Shown: positions 40,033 to 51,600 of the stretch, in pieces
Layout: every line of letters starts with the position of its first letter
Position numbering within the stretch: position 1 is the stretch's first letter
Notes under the pieces: model-generated
What the model was told of the DNA's origin: nothing
The model's input: the letters and a program-made list of their open reading frames with translations, nothing else
Database searches by the model: none
Program-made: the position numbers and the translations under genes
Source: an uncultured virus (IMG/VR IMGVR_UViG_2821954623_000003)
Taxonomy: Duplodnaviria > Heunggongvirae > Uroviricota > Caudoviricetes
DNA: 64,000 bases
Virus record (IMG/VR): IMGVR_UViG_2821954623_000003
Strand: one strand, 5' to 3'

Positions 40033-40962
40033 ATGACACTTAATAACAAAACAATTATTGAAAAAGCAGACGTTACTCTTGCCACATTGGCTAGTGGTGG
40101 TTTAATGAATCCTGAACAAGCTGATACATTCTTACGTATGGTGCAAAACTCCCCTACTATTTTAAAGGATTCGCGCTTTATTCAAATGGCTTCAGACACA
40201 CTTAAAATTGAAAAGATTGGCTTTGGTTCCCGTATTCTTCGTCCTGGCGTTGAAGGTGTACCTTTAAAAGACTCTGATCGCTCTGCTCCATCAACTAGTA
40301 CAATTACGTTAAATGCCAAAGAAGTAATTGCTGAAGTGCATATTACTTATGATACATTGGAAAACAATATTGAGGGTGGGAATCTTCAAAATACTATCAT
40401 GCAGATGATTGCAGATCGTGCTGCATTAGATATTGAAGAATTAATTTTGAATGGTGATATAGCATCTGCAGATCCTTATTTAGCTTTATTAGATGGTCTG
40501 CGTAAACAAGCAACGTCGCATGTTGTAGATGGTGCTGCAGGTGCATTTACTAAAGATGTATTTAAGAAAGCTTATAAAGCTGTTCCTGCTAAATACCTGC
40601 GTAACCCTAAAGATTGGAAGTTTTACACATCACATGGTTTAGAAATTGAATGGAAAGATCAAGTAGCAATGCGACAAACTAACTTAGGGGATGTTTCACT
40701 TCAAGGTGGTTTAGCTTCTGCTTATGGTATTCCAGTAGAGGGGATTGCTATGTTACAGCCATATAATGATGGAGCCAATACTGTATCTGATATTTTATTA
40801 ACTCTTCCTAAAAATATTGTGACAGGTATGAGCCGTAATATTCGAATTGAAGTGGATAAGGATATTCGCGCTCGTAAATTCATTATTGTTTTAACTGCGA
40901 AAGTTGATGTGAAGTTCGAAGAGGAAGATGCAGTGGCAAAAGTTATCAAAGTTAAGGAGTGA
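40033..40962 (+). CDS. Major capsid protein (XkdG-like, HK97 fold)
   Basis: [20 protein letters not shown] motifs. Confidence 0.9.
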   Translation: MTLNNKTIIEKADVTLATLASGGLMNPEQADTFLRMVQNSPTILKDSRFIQMASDTLKIEKIGFGSRILRPGVEGVPLKDSDRSAPSTSTITLNAKEVIAEVHITYDTLENNIEGGNLQNTIMQMIADRAALDIEELILNGDIASADPYLALLDGLRKQATSHVVDGAAGAFTKDVFKKAYKAVPAKYLRNPKDWKFYTSHGLEIEWKDQVAMRQTNLGDVSLQGGLASAYGIPVEGIAMLQPYNDGANTVSDILLTLPKNIVTGMSRNIRIEVDKDIRARKFIIVLTAKVDVKFEEEDAVAKVIKVKE

Positions 40963-40968
40963 TGACTT

Positions 40969-41136
40969 TTGAATTACTATGCTAAATTAATAGTCGGGAA
41001 AACATATGACGTCCATGAACGTCTATTTTTATTGGGGCAAGAAGAGAAGGTTACAAAGAAAACGTACGATTATCTAAGTGGTAACGAACAATTTGCAGTC
41101 CGAAAAGAAGGTAGTAAATCTAAAGGAGAGGAGTGA
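40969..41136 (+). CDS. YqbF-like small head protein (TTG start, 55 aa)
   Basis: AKLIVGKTY...YDYLSGNEQF after an AAGGAG RBS. Confidence 0.6.
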   Translation: MNYYAKLIVGKTYDVHERLFLLGQEEKVTKKTYDYLSGNEQFAVRKEGSKSKGEE

Positions 41137-41141
41137 TAGGT

Positions 41142-41534
41142 ATGTCGCTTATTACTGCTCAAGAATTAATAGATTATACTGTGCTACCTGAAGTGAAAAA
41201 GCGTCCTGTTCCTCTATTGGAGCAGGACATACTTGAGGCAGAAACAGAGATTAATAATATTCCTAATATAGCTAATTTCGCTGATCAAATGAAATTCCCA
41301 GTAATTCCTGAAGTGGTAAAGTTAGCTTGTAAAAAGTTAGCACAGTATTATGCGTATACAAACGCTGATACTACTGCAATGAAGGGGATTAAATCTGAAA
41401 GTGTTGGTGGTGGAGATTATTCGTATACGAAGGATAGTTCAAGTATCACCAAACCGGATGTGCTTAATTTATTAAAGGGATTTATACCTAACTCTGGAAA
41501 GAATAAAGTCACGTTCAAAATGAGGACGATTTAA
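41142..41534 (+). CDS. Head-tail adaptor (YqbG-like)
   Basis: KSESVGGGDYSYT motif; synteny. Confidence 0.75.
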   Translation: MSLITAQELIDYTVLPEVKKRPVPLLEQDILEAETEINNIPNIANFADQMKFPVIPEVVKLACKKLAQYYAYTNADTTAMKGIKSESVGGGDYSYTKDSSSITKPDVLNLLKGFIPNSGKNKVTFKMRTI

Positions 41535-41914
41535 TGTCTCTACAAGTAATGATGGCCCATGAATGCGATATTTACCACTTGCAGAAGGAAACAAAGCCAG
41601 GGAAGTACGGGCAACCAGGAGAAGAGGTTTATTCTTACAAGGATAGACCTGATGTAGCAGAACAAAGCTGCTACTTTATAGAAAGCACAACTGCATCTGT
41701 ACAATCAGCGCCAAACCAATTAAACAACCAAGAAATCCGAGTATTATTTATGCCGGATGCTGATGTTAAGCATAATGACAAAGCGATTAAAAAAGATAAG
41801 AATGTCACTTACTATATACGAAATCCCTTTCCAGTAGCGAATCCACGTACTGGTGAGGTTTCACATATAAAAGCCATAGCAGAGAGGAAGAGTGAGCCAT
41901 GGCTAGCCAAATAA
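41534..41914 (+). CDS. Head closure protein (YqbH/XkdH-like)
   Basis: HECDIYHL motif; synteny. Confidence 0.75.
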   Translation: MSLQVMMAHECDIYHLQKETKPGKYGQPGEEVYSYKDRPDVAEQSCYFIESTTASVQSAPNQLNNQEIRVLFMPDADVKHNDKAIKKDKNVTYYIRNPFPVANPRTGEVSHIKAIAERKSEPWLAK

Positions 41915-42384
41915 CGACTAGAGGGTTTCGCGAATTCAGTGCTAAGTTGAATCGTATGGCGAACGGGTTAGATCAGAACGTCGCTTTATGGCTTGAAGCT
42001 AGCGGTTTTCAATTTCTAGAAGAAGTACAAAATCAAATCATTTCTTTAGGGGTTGTTGATACTAGGAGACTGCTAAATTCGTTTGATAAGGGCGGAGATG
42101 GGAACGTATGGCGTTCCTCTGATGGCGGTTTAGTATTAGAGGTGGGGACAAATGTGGAATATGCGAAGCTTCAGAATGATGGATGGCAGCAGGTAAGGCG
42201 ATTCGTCCCAGGAAGGTGGGAAGGTCACAATTTTGAATATGATCCGCATGCACCAACTGGAATGATGCTTACTGCTAAATTCATAGAAGGTCGTCCTTAT
42301 TGGGAGAATGCAATAGCAATCTATGAGCGTATGTTCCAAACTGCCTTTGACCGGAAATTCCGTCAGTGGGTGAATGGAGGTTAG
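41899..42384 (+). CDS. HK97 gp10-like neck protein
   Basis: VDTRRLLNS and VGTNVEYA motifs. Confidence 0.85.
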   Translation: MASQITTRGFREFSAKLNRMANGLDQNVALWLEASGFQFLEEVQNQIISLGVVDTRRLLNSFDKGGDGNVWRSSDGGLVLEVGTNVEYAKLQNDGWQQVRRFVPGRWEGHNFEYDPHAPTGMMLTAKFIEGRPYWENAIAIYERMFQTAFDRKFRQWVNGG

Positions 42385-42387
42385 GTT

Positions 42388-42789
42388 ATGTACGCACAGA
42401 TACACGGTTCTATGAAGGCTTTTGTCTTCGATAACTTGCCACCAGGTACACTTTCTTATCATGAGCAGGTTCCAGAAGAAATACGGATACCTTCAGTGTA
42501 CTTCCCGCACTTATCAACGAATGATTTGAAAAATACAAAGGATACATTCACCTTACTGTACACAATGACAGTGAGGTTTTTTAATGTAACGACAGAGGAA
42601 GCTATGGAGCTATCTGATGGGATTGCAAACTTAATTAGGCGTAGCGGTTACACAGTGAATCTCCGTAATGAAGACGGAAGTGAATCGACTGATACCGTCT
42701 ATTTTAAAAGAGTAACTACCGCCCCAGTTGAGGTTGGTTCTTCACAGTTAACAATGATATTCGAATACCAACAAACTTATAGAAATTAA
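42388..42789 (+). CDS. Tail terminator-like protein
   Basis: Synteny, size. Confidence 0.65.
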   Translation: MYAQIHGSMKAFVFDNLPPGTLSYHEQVPEEIRIPSVYFPHLSTNDLKNTKDTFTLLYTMTVRFFNVTTEEAMELSDGIANLIRRSGYTVNLRNEDGSESTDTVYFKRVTTAPVEVGSSQLTMIFEYQQTYRN

Positions 42790-42802
42790 GGAGAGTGAAG
42801 GT

Positions 42803-43279
42803 ATGGCTGAAGTTACCGAAACGCCTGTTGTGAAAAACAAAATGTATCGTGGTGACGAATATATTATCGCTGCGATGATAAAGGATCCAGCAAATCCAAC
42901 AGCAAAAAAATTAGTTCGTCCGTTTGATCAAAACGAAGAATCTCACAGTATTGAAGCAGATGAGATTGAAGCAGAGTCGAAAGATAGAACGATTAATGAC
43001 TACGGTAAAGTATCTGAGACTCGTTCATTTGGTTGTACGTTATCAGAGGGTGACGTGTTCTACCCAGCTGCAAAAGCTGCTATTCGAAACAAAGAGTACA
43101 TTGAGATCTATGAAATTAATAAGCGTACAAAAGAAGCAGAAATCGGCAATTACATGCTGACTTCTTTTGAGAGATCATCTTCTACTGGTGAATTTATTTC
43201 TTATTCAGTAGAGACAAAGCTTTCTGGTACAACACGTACAGAAACATTGACTGAAATTCCTAAAGGTGCAGGAGAATAA
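42803..43279 (+). CDS. Major tail tube protein
   Basis: Synteny; beta-rich, TP901-1-type size. Confidence 0.75.
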   Translation: MAEVTETPVVKNKMYRGDEYIIAAMIKDPANPTAKKLVRPFDQNEESHSIEADEIEAESKDRTINDYGKVSETRSFGCTLSEGDVFYPAAKAAIRNKEYIEIYEINKRTKEAEIGNYMLTSFERSSSTGEFISYSVETKLSGTTRTETLTEIPKGAGE

Positions 43280-43345
43280 CGGGCGGTTTTTACCGCTTCT
43301 TTTTAAATTTGAAAATAACATCCAATCAAAAGGAGATTGATATAT

Positions 43346-44082
43346 ATGCGTTTTGAAATTAAAGGGAAAGAACACGAATTAAAACTTACTTACAAAACAA
43401 TTGCTGAGCTAAACAAGAAATATAAAGGTGGCGCACAAGAAGTTATTGGAGCTTGTTTACAAGGTGATTTAGATATGTTTGAAGACGCTATTTACTTTGG
43501 ATTAATGCATACAGGTGAAGGAATCACTAGAGAGCAAGTTGTTACTGAAATTGAAAAACAATTCGAAGCAGAGAAAATCTCACAAGAGTTCATTGATGAA
43601 GTTCTTAACGAAGTAGTAGCAGATAATTTTTTCTACAAAGCGACAACGAAGAAACTAAAAACACGAATGAAGAAACAATTGGTAGCGAAGAATCCGGAAC
43701 TGAAAGAGATGGCGGACGAGATGTACGGGACGGACGAAGAACAACCGACTTTACTAGAGAAGAACTAGACAAGGTACAGCAAGATGGATTTAGATACTTA
43801 GGTTTATTACCAAGTGAAGTAATGAACCTTTCTCCTCGTGAGTTTCAAAACATGATGACGGGGAGAAATGAACAATATCTAGATGAATTGCAAACTTACA
43901 GCATATTCGCTCTCATGATGCGGTCTGTTTATCACAGCAATCCGAAGAAAACGATGAAACCTAAGGATTTATTCGACAGAACGAAAATGGTTACTGATGA
44001 ACAAAAGAAAAAATCTATAGAGGACCTTGCGAAGAAAGCAGAAGAAAACATGCAATTCTTACAAAATCTCAACTTCGGTTGA
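43346..44082 (+). CDS. Tail assembly chaperones (43346-43768 plus overlapping -1 frame ORF ending 44082)
   Basis: Two ORFs between tail tube and tape measure; NLSPREF motif. Confidence 0.75.
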
Positions 44083-44101
44083 TTGAAAGGTAGGTGAGAT
44101 T

Positions 44102-47100
44102 TTGGCGACACAAGAAGAATTAGTAGTTCAGTTTAGAGCTGAGACAGATCAGATACGAAGAGAAATGGCTGCTATGCAAAATCAGTTAAATGATTTTGTT
44201 AGAACAACAAACCGTACATCTCGTGAGTATCGAAGAAATATTGAAAATATGGGTGATGCTAATAGTGAATTAAGTAGGGAAATACGTGAAATAAACAGAC
44301 AACAAAGAGAAGCTATGAAACCACATATAGAACAATTAAAGCGAGCAGAACTTCAATATTTGCAAACTGCTATGAGCATGGATACTTATACTGGTTCAGC
44401 TCAAGATTTAATTGCACAAGTTAATGAGATTGGTAAAGCGCAAAAAGCTGCCAATGATGCATTAATAAACAATAATGTTGAAGCGAAAGCTGCTATTTTA
44501 GAAACAATTGCAACCATGAACAATATGACTCCTACAGCAACTAGGCTCAGAGACAATCTAAGAACAATGGGAAACCCATTATACAGCTTGTCACATGGGG
44601 CGTTAGCTGTAGGAGAGGCTATCGAAAGAATGGCGAATAGGGGTAGTGCGGCACAATTAGCATTAGAATTTGTTGGTCCGAATGCGTCAATGAAAGAATT
44701 AAACGATCAAATACGAGTAATAAATACGGGATTAATGCGAATGCAAATGGTTGCGCTCGCTGCTGCGATTTCTTCTGTCTTATTGTATGGCGCATTACAC
44801 AAGGCTAACATGGAAATGAATCCAAAATATGCTGAAGCATATACAAAAATGTTAGAAAAGCTATCTAAAGCCTTTAATCCGATGAAAGAAGCTTTCGCAG
44901 CGGTTATGATACCTATTTATCAATTCGTAACCGCGATAGCAGAATTGATAATTAAATTTAATGAAGCACACCCGGTTCTAGCTAAATTCATTCAGGGAAC
45001 TATGATGTTAGTTCCAGCATTAACATTGATTCTTGCTCCCTTAGCAGTCGGTATTGGACTTCTAAAAGGATATAGAGCAGCCTTATTCTTAGTTTGGCAA
45101 ATGGTAAAACCATTGGCTTTAGGGTTAGCGGTCGTCAGCCCTGTAGTTTGGGCTGTAGCTGCTGCAATTGCTGGATTGGCAGTAGGGTTTACGTATGCAT
45201 ATAAAAACATAGAGCCGTTTAGAAAAGCCGTTGATAATACTGTAACAGCGATCAAAGGCTTATTCCAGTTGGTATTCGGAAGTCAAATAAATGGCGAAAA
45301 AATGCTTAGTTCTATCGGAATGAACGACGAGGTTATACAAGGAATCAATAAATTTGTAGGCAAAATTGAAGAAGCATTTAGAATAATGAAAGAAGCTATT
45401 GTACAGGCTTTCCATGGTGATTTTTCTGGACTGACTGAATTGTTCAAAACAATTTTTCCTTCATTACTTGCCGTAATTATTGGCGGTGTACCTGGGCTAG
45501 TCATTGGAATTGGCACTATGTTCGCAAGAATGACAGAAGCAACTGGTGTTGGTGGCGCTCAAATGGTTACTAAGTTCGGGGAAATCCTGAATAACTTAGT
45601 TTCTGGATTAACAAATTTTGTAACGACTCAATTACCTGTTTTTCTAGAACAAGGAATTAAAATAATCACTGGAATAGTGCAAGGGATCACGCAAGCACTT
45701 CCACAAATTGTAGCAGCCGTTTTGCAAATCATTACAACCTTTATAACAGGTATCACAACGCTGTTACCGCAGATTATAACAATTGGTATTTCTTTGATAC
45801 AAACACTCGTAACGGCTATTGTAACGGCTTTACCTGTCATTATAGAAGCGGCGGTTCAGATTATAAACGCGCTTGTTCAAGGTATTACACAGATGTTACC
45901 TATGATTGTACAGTCGGCAATACAAGTTATAACAATGTTTATTCAAACAATAATTCCTATGATTCCTATGTTAATAGATGCAGGGATTCAAATTTTACTA
46001 TCTTTAGTTAATGGAATCATTCAAATGCTACCCCAATTAATTGAAGCGGCTATTCAGATTCTGACAACATTATTAAATACCATTGTTCAAAATCTGCCGT
46101 TAATTATAGATGCAGGGATTAAAGTCCTTAATTCATTAATTGAGGGAATCATTCAAGTGCTACCTCAATTAATTGATGCTGTGATGCAGATCATTACGAA
46201 ATTCACTGAGGTTGTTATTCAAAATCTACCGCAAATTATTGAATCAGGAATGCAAATTTTAATAAAACTGGTAGACGGGATTATTCAAATGCTCCCTCAG
46301 ATTGTAGATGCGGTTATTAAAATAATTACGAAGTTTACTGAGGTTATAGTACAAAATCTACCACAAATTATAGATGCAGGTGTGCAAATATTAACTAAAT
46401 TAATAGACGGGATAATTAAAGTGCTACCTCAATTGGTTTCTGCTGCAATAAGGTTAATGGCGGAATTGTTAAAAGCAATTATAGAACATTTACCACAATT
46501 GCTAGCAGCTGGCGTTGAACTAATAGGTGCTCTAATTGACGGTATTTTGAGTTTAATTGGCGAAGTATTCAGCTCAGGTGTAGAAATTGGCAGTCAATTA
46601 TTAGAGTCTTTAGGAAATGTCGATCTCTTTGAAACTGGGGTAAATATTGTTCAAGGATTAATAGGTGGAATTGGTTCGATGATTGGCGATGCAATAGATG
46701 CTGCGAAGGATTTAGGAAGTAGCATTGTTAGTACTGTAAATAGAGTATTACAAGTTAAGTCCCCTTCTAGGGAAATGCGAGATACAGGTAATTACGTCGG
46801 TGAAGGTTTAATATGGGGTATTAACCAAATGGAGAACCCGGTTTTAAGAGCCGCAAAGAATATGGCAGTAACAGTGAGGAATGCATTTGATTCGTTATCA
46901 GAAGGGATTTTACTTGGTGATGTTTCAATGGGGGCTGTATCAGGGACAACAATTCCAATGGTTTCTGCTGGATACAAAACACCTGCAAATGCCTCAAGAA
47001 TATCCGCAATTTCTAATTTTGGACAAGATGCTGTAAGTAAAAACCAAAATGGAAGCAATACAAGTGAATCGGATGGACAAACAACAAATAAACAACCGGC

Positions 47101-47200
47101 TTATATTAATGTACAGCTTGGCAAGCAAGAATTCTCAAGATTTGTTGATGATATTACAAGTCAGCAAGAGGCTGTTAAAGAACGTAAGCAAGCGTTTTAG
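44102..47200 (+). CDS. Tape measure protein
   Basis: 1032 aa, 22-aa LPQII repeats, SPSR motif. Confidence 0.92.
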   Translation: MATQEELVVQFRAETDQIRREMAAMQNQLNDFVRTTNRTSREYRRNIENMGDANSELSREIREINRQQREAMKPHIEQLKRAELQYLQTAMSMDTYTGSAQDLIAQVNEIGKAQKAANDALINNNVEAKAAILETIATMNNMTPTATRLRDNLRTMGNPLYSLSHGALAVGEAIERMANRGSAAQLALEFVGPNASMKELNDQIRVINTGLMRMQMVALAAAISSVLLYGALHKANMEMNPKYAEAYTKMLEKLSKAFNPMKEAFAAVMIPIYQFVTAIAELIIKFNEAHPVLAKFIQGTMMLVPALTLILAPLAVGIGLLKGYRAALFLVWQMVKPLALGLAVVSPVVWAVAAAIAGLAVGFTYAYKNIEPFRKAVDNTVTAIKGLFQLVFGSQINGEKMLSSIGMNDEVIQGINKFVGKIEEAFRIMKEAIVQAFHGDFSGLTELFKTIFPSLLAVIIGGVPGLVIGIGTMFARMTEATGVGGAQMVTKFGEILNNLVSGLTNFVTTQLPVFLEQGIKIITGIVQGITQALPQIVAAVLQIITTFITGITTLLPQIITIGISLIQTLVTAIVTALPVIIEAAVQIINALVQGITQMLPMIVQSAIQVITMFIQTIIPMIPMLIDAGIQILLSLVNGIIQMLPQLIEAAIQILTTLLNTIVQNLPLIIDAGIKVLNSLIEGIIQVLPQLIDAVMQIITKFTEVVIQNLPQIIESGMQILIKLVDGIIQMLPQIVDAVIKIITKFTEVIVQNLPQIIDAGVQILTKLIDGIIKVLPQLVSAAIRLMAELLKAIIEHLPQLLAAGVELIGALIDGILSLIGEVFSSGVEIGSQLLESLGNVDLFETGVNIVQGLIGGIGSMIGDAIDAAKDLGSSIVSTVNRVLQVKSPSREMRDTGNYVGEGLIWGINQMENPVLRAAKNMAVTVRNAFDSLSEGILLGDVSMGAVSGTTIPMVSAGYKTPANASRISAISNFGQDAVSKNQNGSNTSESDGQTTNKQPAYINVQLGKQEFSRFVDDITSQQEAVKERKQAF

Positions 47201-47215
47201 GAAGGAGGGAGTAAA

Positions 47216-48694
47216 CTGCTTATTTTTAATGGTATCGACTTAGAAAAACAGTTTACAAATAAAAATAATGACGGTTATCTTTTGGTAGGAATACCAAAAG
47301 GTCGCGGTGTAATGAGTGATGAAATAAGCAGGATTACTACCCAAAATCGTCCTGGATCCCGCTATGTGCAAAAGAGAAACCCAGAGGTGCCCCTTGAAGT
47401 AGATATTACACTTAAAGGGGCCTCTTCTTTTGATTTAAGAAAACGCCTAAACGAATTGAATTCTATATTAGATACAGAAGAAGAGGTACCGATTGTATTT
47501 ACAGATGAACCTGAAATGACATATTACGGTATGAAAGAATCTGTGGAGGAACTACTGGAAACAGATAGACTTTACCAATGCAAGATAACTTTTATTTGTA
47601 CGTCAGCATTTAAATTAGGTACACAACAATCTGTAAAAGCGAAAGTAGAAAGTAATAATTTACTTAAAGCTATAGTGAATAATGCAGGATCAAAGTTTGC
47701 TGATCCAAAATTTAAGATACAAGTAGAGAACCCTTCTACATTTATCGATATTGTAAATGAAAATGGAAATCAGCATTTCCGTATAGGATATCCAGTTAAG
47801 GTAGATGAAACACCGATAAATCGGTACGAATTGGTTATGCACGATAAAGCGAATTCCTTAGTGGGTTGGACAGAAGTAGGGAAAGATTTTGTGTCAGACT
47901 ACGGAATCGTAGCAGGGAAAATAATCGCAGACGGCGCACGTTTTATACCATCAGATTACGGTCAAGGTCAATATTGGCACGGACCCGCAGTGAAAAAAAG
48001 TATCACTGGAGGTCCATTGCAAGATTTCACACTTGATGCAATAGTCGAATGCCGGAACTTAAACCCTGCAACTATGGGACGTGTAGAGCTTTATTTATTA
48101 GATGAGAGTAGCGTTGTAGTCGGAAAAGTAGGCATGTTTGATGCATATAGAAATTCTAGCGAGAATTTCGGTGAAGTCATAGTTGGAAACGGTGACTACA
48201 ATCATAGGATTATAGCGGAAACTGGTTACTATCGTACAACATGGAATGATTTTTATGGTCGACTACACATTGCACGAGTAGGGAACTATTGGCAAGGTGA
48301 TATTGCTTTGATCGATGAAAAAGGAAATTATCATACAGAAAAATTTGCTCAATGGTACGATACGGGCAATAGCTTTATGAAGAAGGTCGCTCAAATTGTT
48401 GTGCATATATGTGCATTTAATGATGCACCTTCGCTAATTGCAGCTGTGCACGATATTAAAGTGCAAAAAGTAAACAGCAATACAGAACGTCAAATCCCCT
48501 ACATTGTTCAAAAAGGAGACGTTGTAGAAATTGATTCATCGGATGCGAGTATTCGTATTAACGGTGCGGATGCAATTAATATAAAAGACTTTCTGAGTGA
48601 CTATATACGTATTGAAAAAGGGAAGAACGATTTAACTGTTTTTCCAAATAACATAGGTCAAGTGGATGTCGCGTATAGGGAGCGCTATCGATGA
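47216..48694 (+). CDS. Distal tail protein (Dit), probable CTG start
   Basis: Synteny; frame open from GGAGG-N7-CTG (LLIFNGIDL). Confidence 0.8.
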   Translation: MLIFNGIDLEKQFTNKNNDGYLLVGIPKGRGVMSDEISRITTQNRPGSRYVQKRNPEVPLEVDITLKGASSFDLRKRLNELNSILDTEEEVPIVFTDEPEMTYYGMKESVEELLETDRLYQCKITFICTSAFKLGTQQSVKAKVESNNLLKAIVNNAGSKFADPKFKIQVENPSTFIDIVNENGNQHFRIGYPVKVDETPINRYELVMHDKANSLVGWTEVGKDFVSDYGIVAGKIIADGARFIPSDYGQGQYWHGPAVKKSITGGPLQDFTLDAIVECRNLNPATMGRVELYLLDESSVVVGKVGMFDAYRNSSENFGEVIVGNGDYNHRIIAETGYYRTTWNDFYGRLHIARVGNYWQGDIALIDEKGNYHTEKFAQWYDTGNSFMKKVAQIVVHICAFNDAPSLIAAVHDIKVQKVNSNTERQIPYIVQKGDVVEIDSSDASIRINGADAINIKDFLSDYIRIEKGKNDLTVFPNNIGQVDVAYRERYR

Positions 48695-51600
48695 ATAAAA
48701 CAAATAATCTATTACACATTGTAGACTTTAAAACAGAGAAAATCATTGGTGTTATACAAGAAAAAAATTATTGGAACGATATCCGCCAGTGGGAGCTTAA
48801 AAATAATATAGACCAATTAGAGTTCAATACAATGGACGGAACAAAAATATCGGCGTCTCTTGTACAGCAAAATATTATAGTAAAACAAACCAGAGATGGC
48901 ACTTTTGTTTCGTATGTTATTACAGAAGCAGAGCAAGATACAGCAGATCGTTCTAAAAAAATTCACGCACTCGGGGAACATACAAAGCTAAAGAAAGCAG
49001 CGGTAATTAAACCACAAACGTTACAAGCTACTACAGTCAACGAATCTATGGACTTTGCTTTACAAGGTACAGAATGGAAACGTGGGAGTACGGAGTACAG
49101 TGGTGTACGTACCATTCCTATTAAGGATTTCACAAATCCGCTTGATTTCTTAAAACAAATCGCATCTACTTTTGGACTTGAGATTCGTTTCAGAATAGAA
49201 ATACTGGGTTCTTTTATTGTCGGTCGTTATGTAGATTTAATAAAAAAGATTGGCCGTGACAATGGGAAAGAATTCGTGCTAGGAAAAGATGTACAAGGCA
49301 TCCGTCGTATTGAGAATAGCCAAAATGTAGTAACCGCTCTTGTAGGTGTTGGGCCATCTAAAGAAAATCCTGATACTGGGAAAGAAGAGTTTCTAACATT
49401 TGAAGATATTAATGGTGGAAAGTTGTACGTAGGTAATAATGATGCATTACAACGCTGGTCGAAAGATGGTAAGCATTTATTTGATATTTATTCACCTCAA
49501 ACAGAAGATCAAGATATGACGAAGCAACGACTCAAACAATTAACAGAAGCCGAATTAAAGAAACGAATTGATAGTTCTACTTTGTATGAAGTTGATGCAG
49601 TTGCACTTGAAAAAGTGTTCGGTTTATCTCATGAAGCGGTTCGTAAAGGAGATACGGTACGAATAAAAGATACAGGGTTTAGTCCACCACTTTTCTTAGA
49701 AGCTAGGTTAATCGCAGCTGATGAATGTGACACTGATCCATCAAAAGATAAATATATCTTTGGTAACTATCGTGAAATTGCAGATACACGAAGCCTTATC
49801 GATAGGTTATACGCACAAATCATGGGTAGCTTATCAAATAAAGCATCTAAAGAATTACTAGATACGTTAGATAAAAAGCTTCAAGAAAACGTAAAAGAAA
49901 CAGAAGTCATTCGAAAAGAATCGGAAGCAGCAAAGAAAATTGCTGAACAAGTGGCTGAAAACTTGAAGAACAATACCGTTGATATTATTGAAGGCGTAAA
50001 TCCACCAACAGAAAACTTAAAAGATAGAAAAACGTTGTGGCAAGATATCAGCAAAGGAAAGCCTGGTATTCTGAAGTTGTGGAAGGATGGTAAATGGGAT
50101 CCTGTTGTTCCTGATGTGGAATCCGTTAAGAAAGAAACATTGGAACAAGTGAGCAAAGATATTGAGACCACAAAAAGCGAATTAAATGAAAAGGTTCAAG
50201 AAGCACAAAAGCAAGTAACAGGGCAATTTAATGAAGTGAAGGAAAGCTTACAAGGTGTTAGTCGTACCATTTCTGATGTGCAAAATAAACAGGGTGAAAT
50301 TGATAAGAAGGTAACGAAGTTTGAGCAGGATGCTAACGGGTTTAAATTATCAATTGAATCGTTAACTAAAAAAGATACTGATATCAACAATAAATTAAAT
50401 ACAGTCGAGCAGACTGTGGAAGGTACAAAAAAAACAATATCTGATGTGCAACAAACTGCAAATGATCTGAAGAAAACAACAACTGAAATTAAAGAGCAAG
50501 CAGGCAAGATTAGTGAGAAGTTAACAAGTGTAGAAAAGCAAGCAAATACTCTAACAAATAAAACAACTGAGATTGCAAAAAGTGTGGATGGAATCAGAGA
50601 AACAGTAACAAAAGTAGAAAATAATCAGGGGGGATTTGATAAGCGTGTAACAGCAGTAGAGAAAAACGTTGAAGGTTTTTCTCAAAATGTTAGTAAGTTA
50701 CAAGAAACACAAACGGCACAAGGTAAACAGATTTTTGACGCTCAATCTACAATCAAACAACATTCTGACGCGCTTGATATGACCTTGAAAATGAAAGATG
50801 TTGAGAACTATGTAGGCGGTCTTGGATCTATTAATGAGATTCGTGACGCTGGTTTTACTCAAGGGAATAAATACTGGGGTTGGGCTACTGGGCACTCTAT
50901 AGATACTAACCTAAAGTACAAAGGATACAATTCATTTTCTATGCACACTACAGGACAAACCCAGGATGTATGGTGGGGTGCTTTTAGTCAATTTATAGAT
51001 TGTTCTCCTAATGAAGATATTGTTATTTCTGCTTACGTTAACACTGATGGAAAAGTTCCTATTGATAATGGTGTATTTATCGAGATGGAGTTTTGGCAAT
51101 CGAATAAAACAACCCGAATTTCAACTGCTAGGGAAAGAGTTCAAATCATTACTAATACTTGGGTCAGGGCTATTTGTACAGCTAAAGCTCCGGCAGGAAC
51201 TGGATTTGTAAGGTTTCGACCATACGTACAAAGAAATGGTAGAGCTTGGTTCTCTATGCCTATGCTGCAGCGAGGTAAAGTCGCTACAGAATTTTGGTTA
51301 CATCCGAAAGATCAAACTGATGCTGATAAAATGATTGAAGATATTGCTAATAGAGTAGCTACTAAGGATTACGATAAAAAAGTAACAGAGTTAGAAAGAA
51401 GTATCAGCGCTACTGAAAAAGGCGTTTCAATTATTAGTGGAAAACAAGAAACGTTTATAAATGAGACGTATAATGCCTATGTAAAGAAAACAGAATCTAG
51501 GTTAGAAGTGTTAGATGAAGGGATTCTAGCACAGATTTTAAAGGATGGCATCATGACTTCTATCAATATGTCACCTGGTAAGATTACAATTGATGCCGAA

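Noticed and set aside
45600..46560. Tandem 66-bp periodicity as a novel repeat
   Set aside because: Ordinary 22-aa tape-measure repeats
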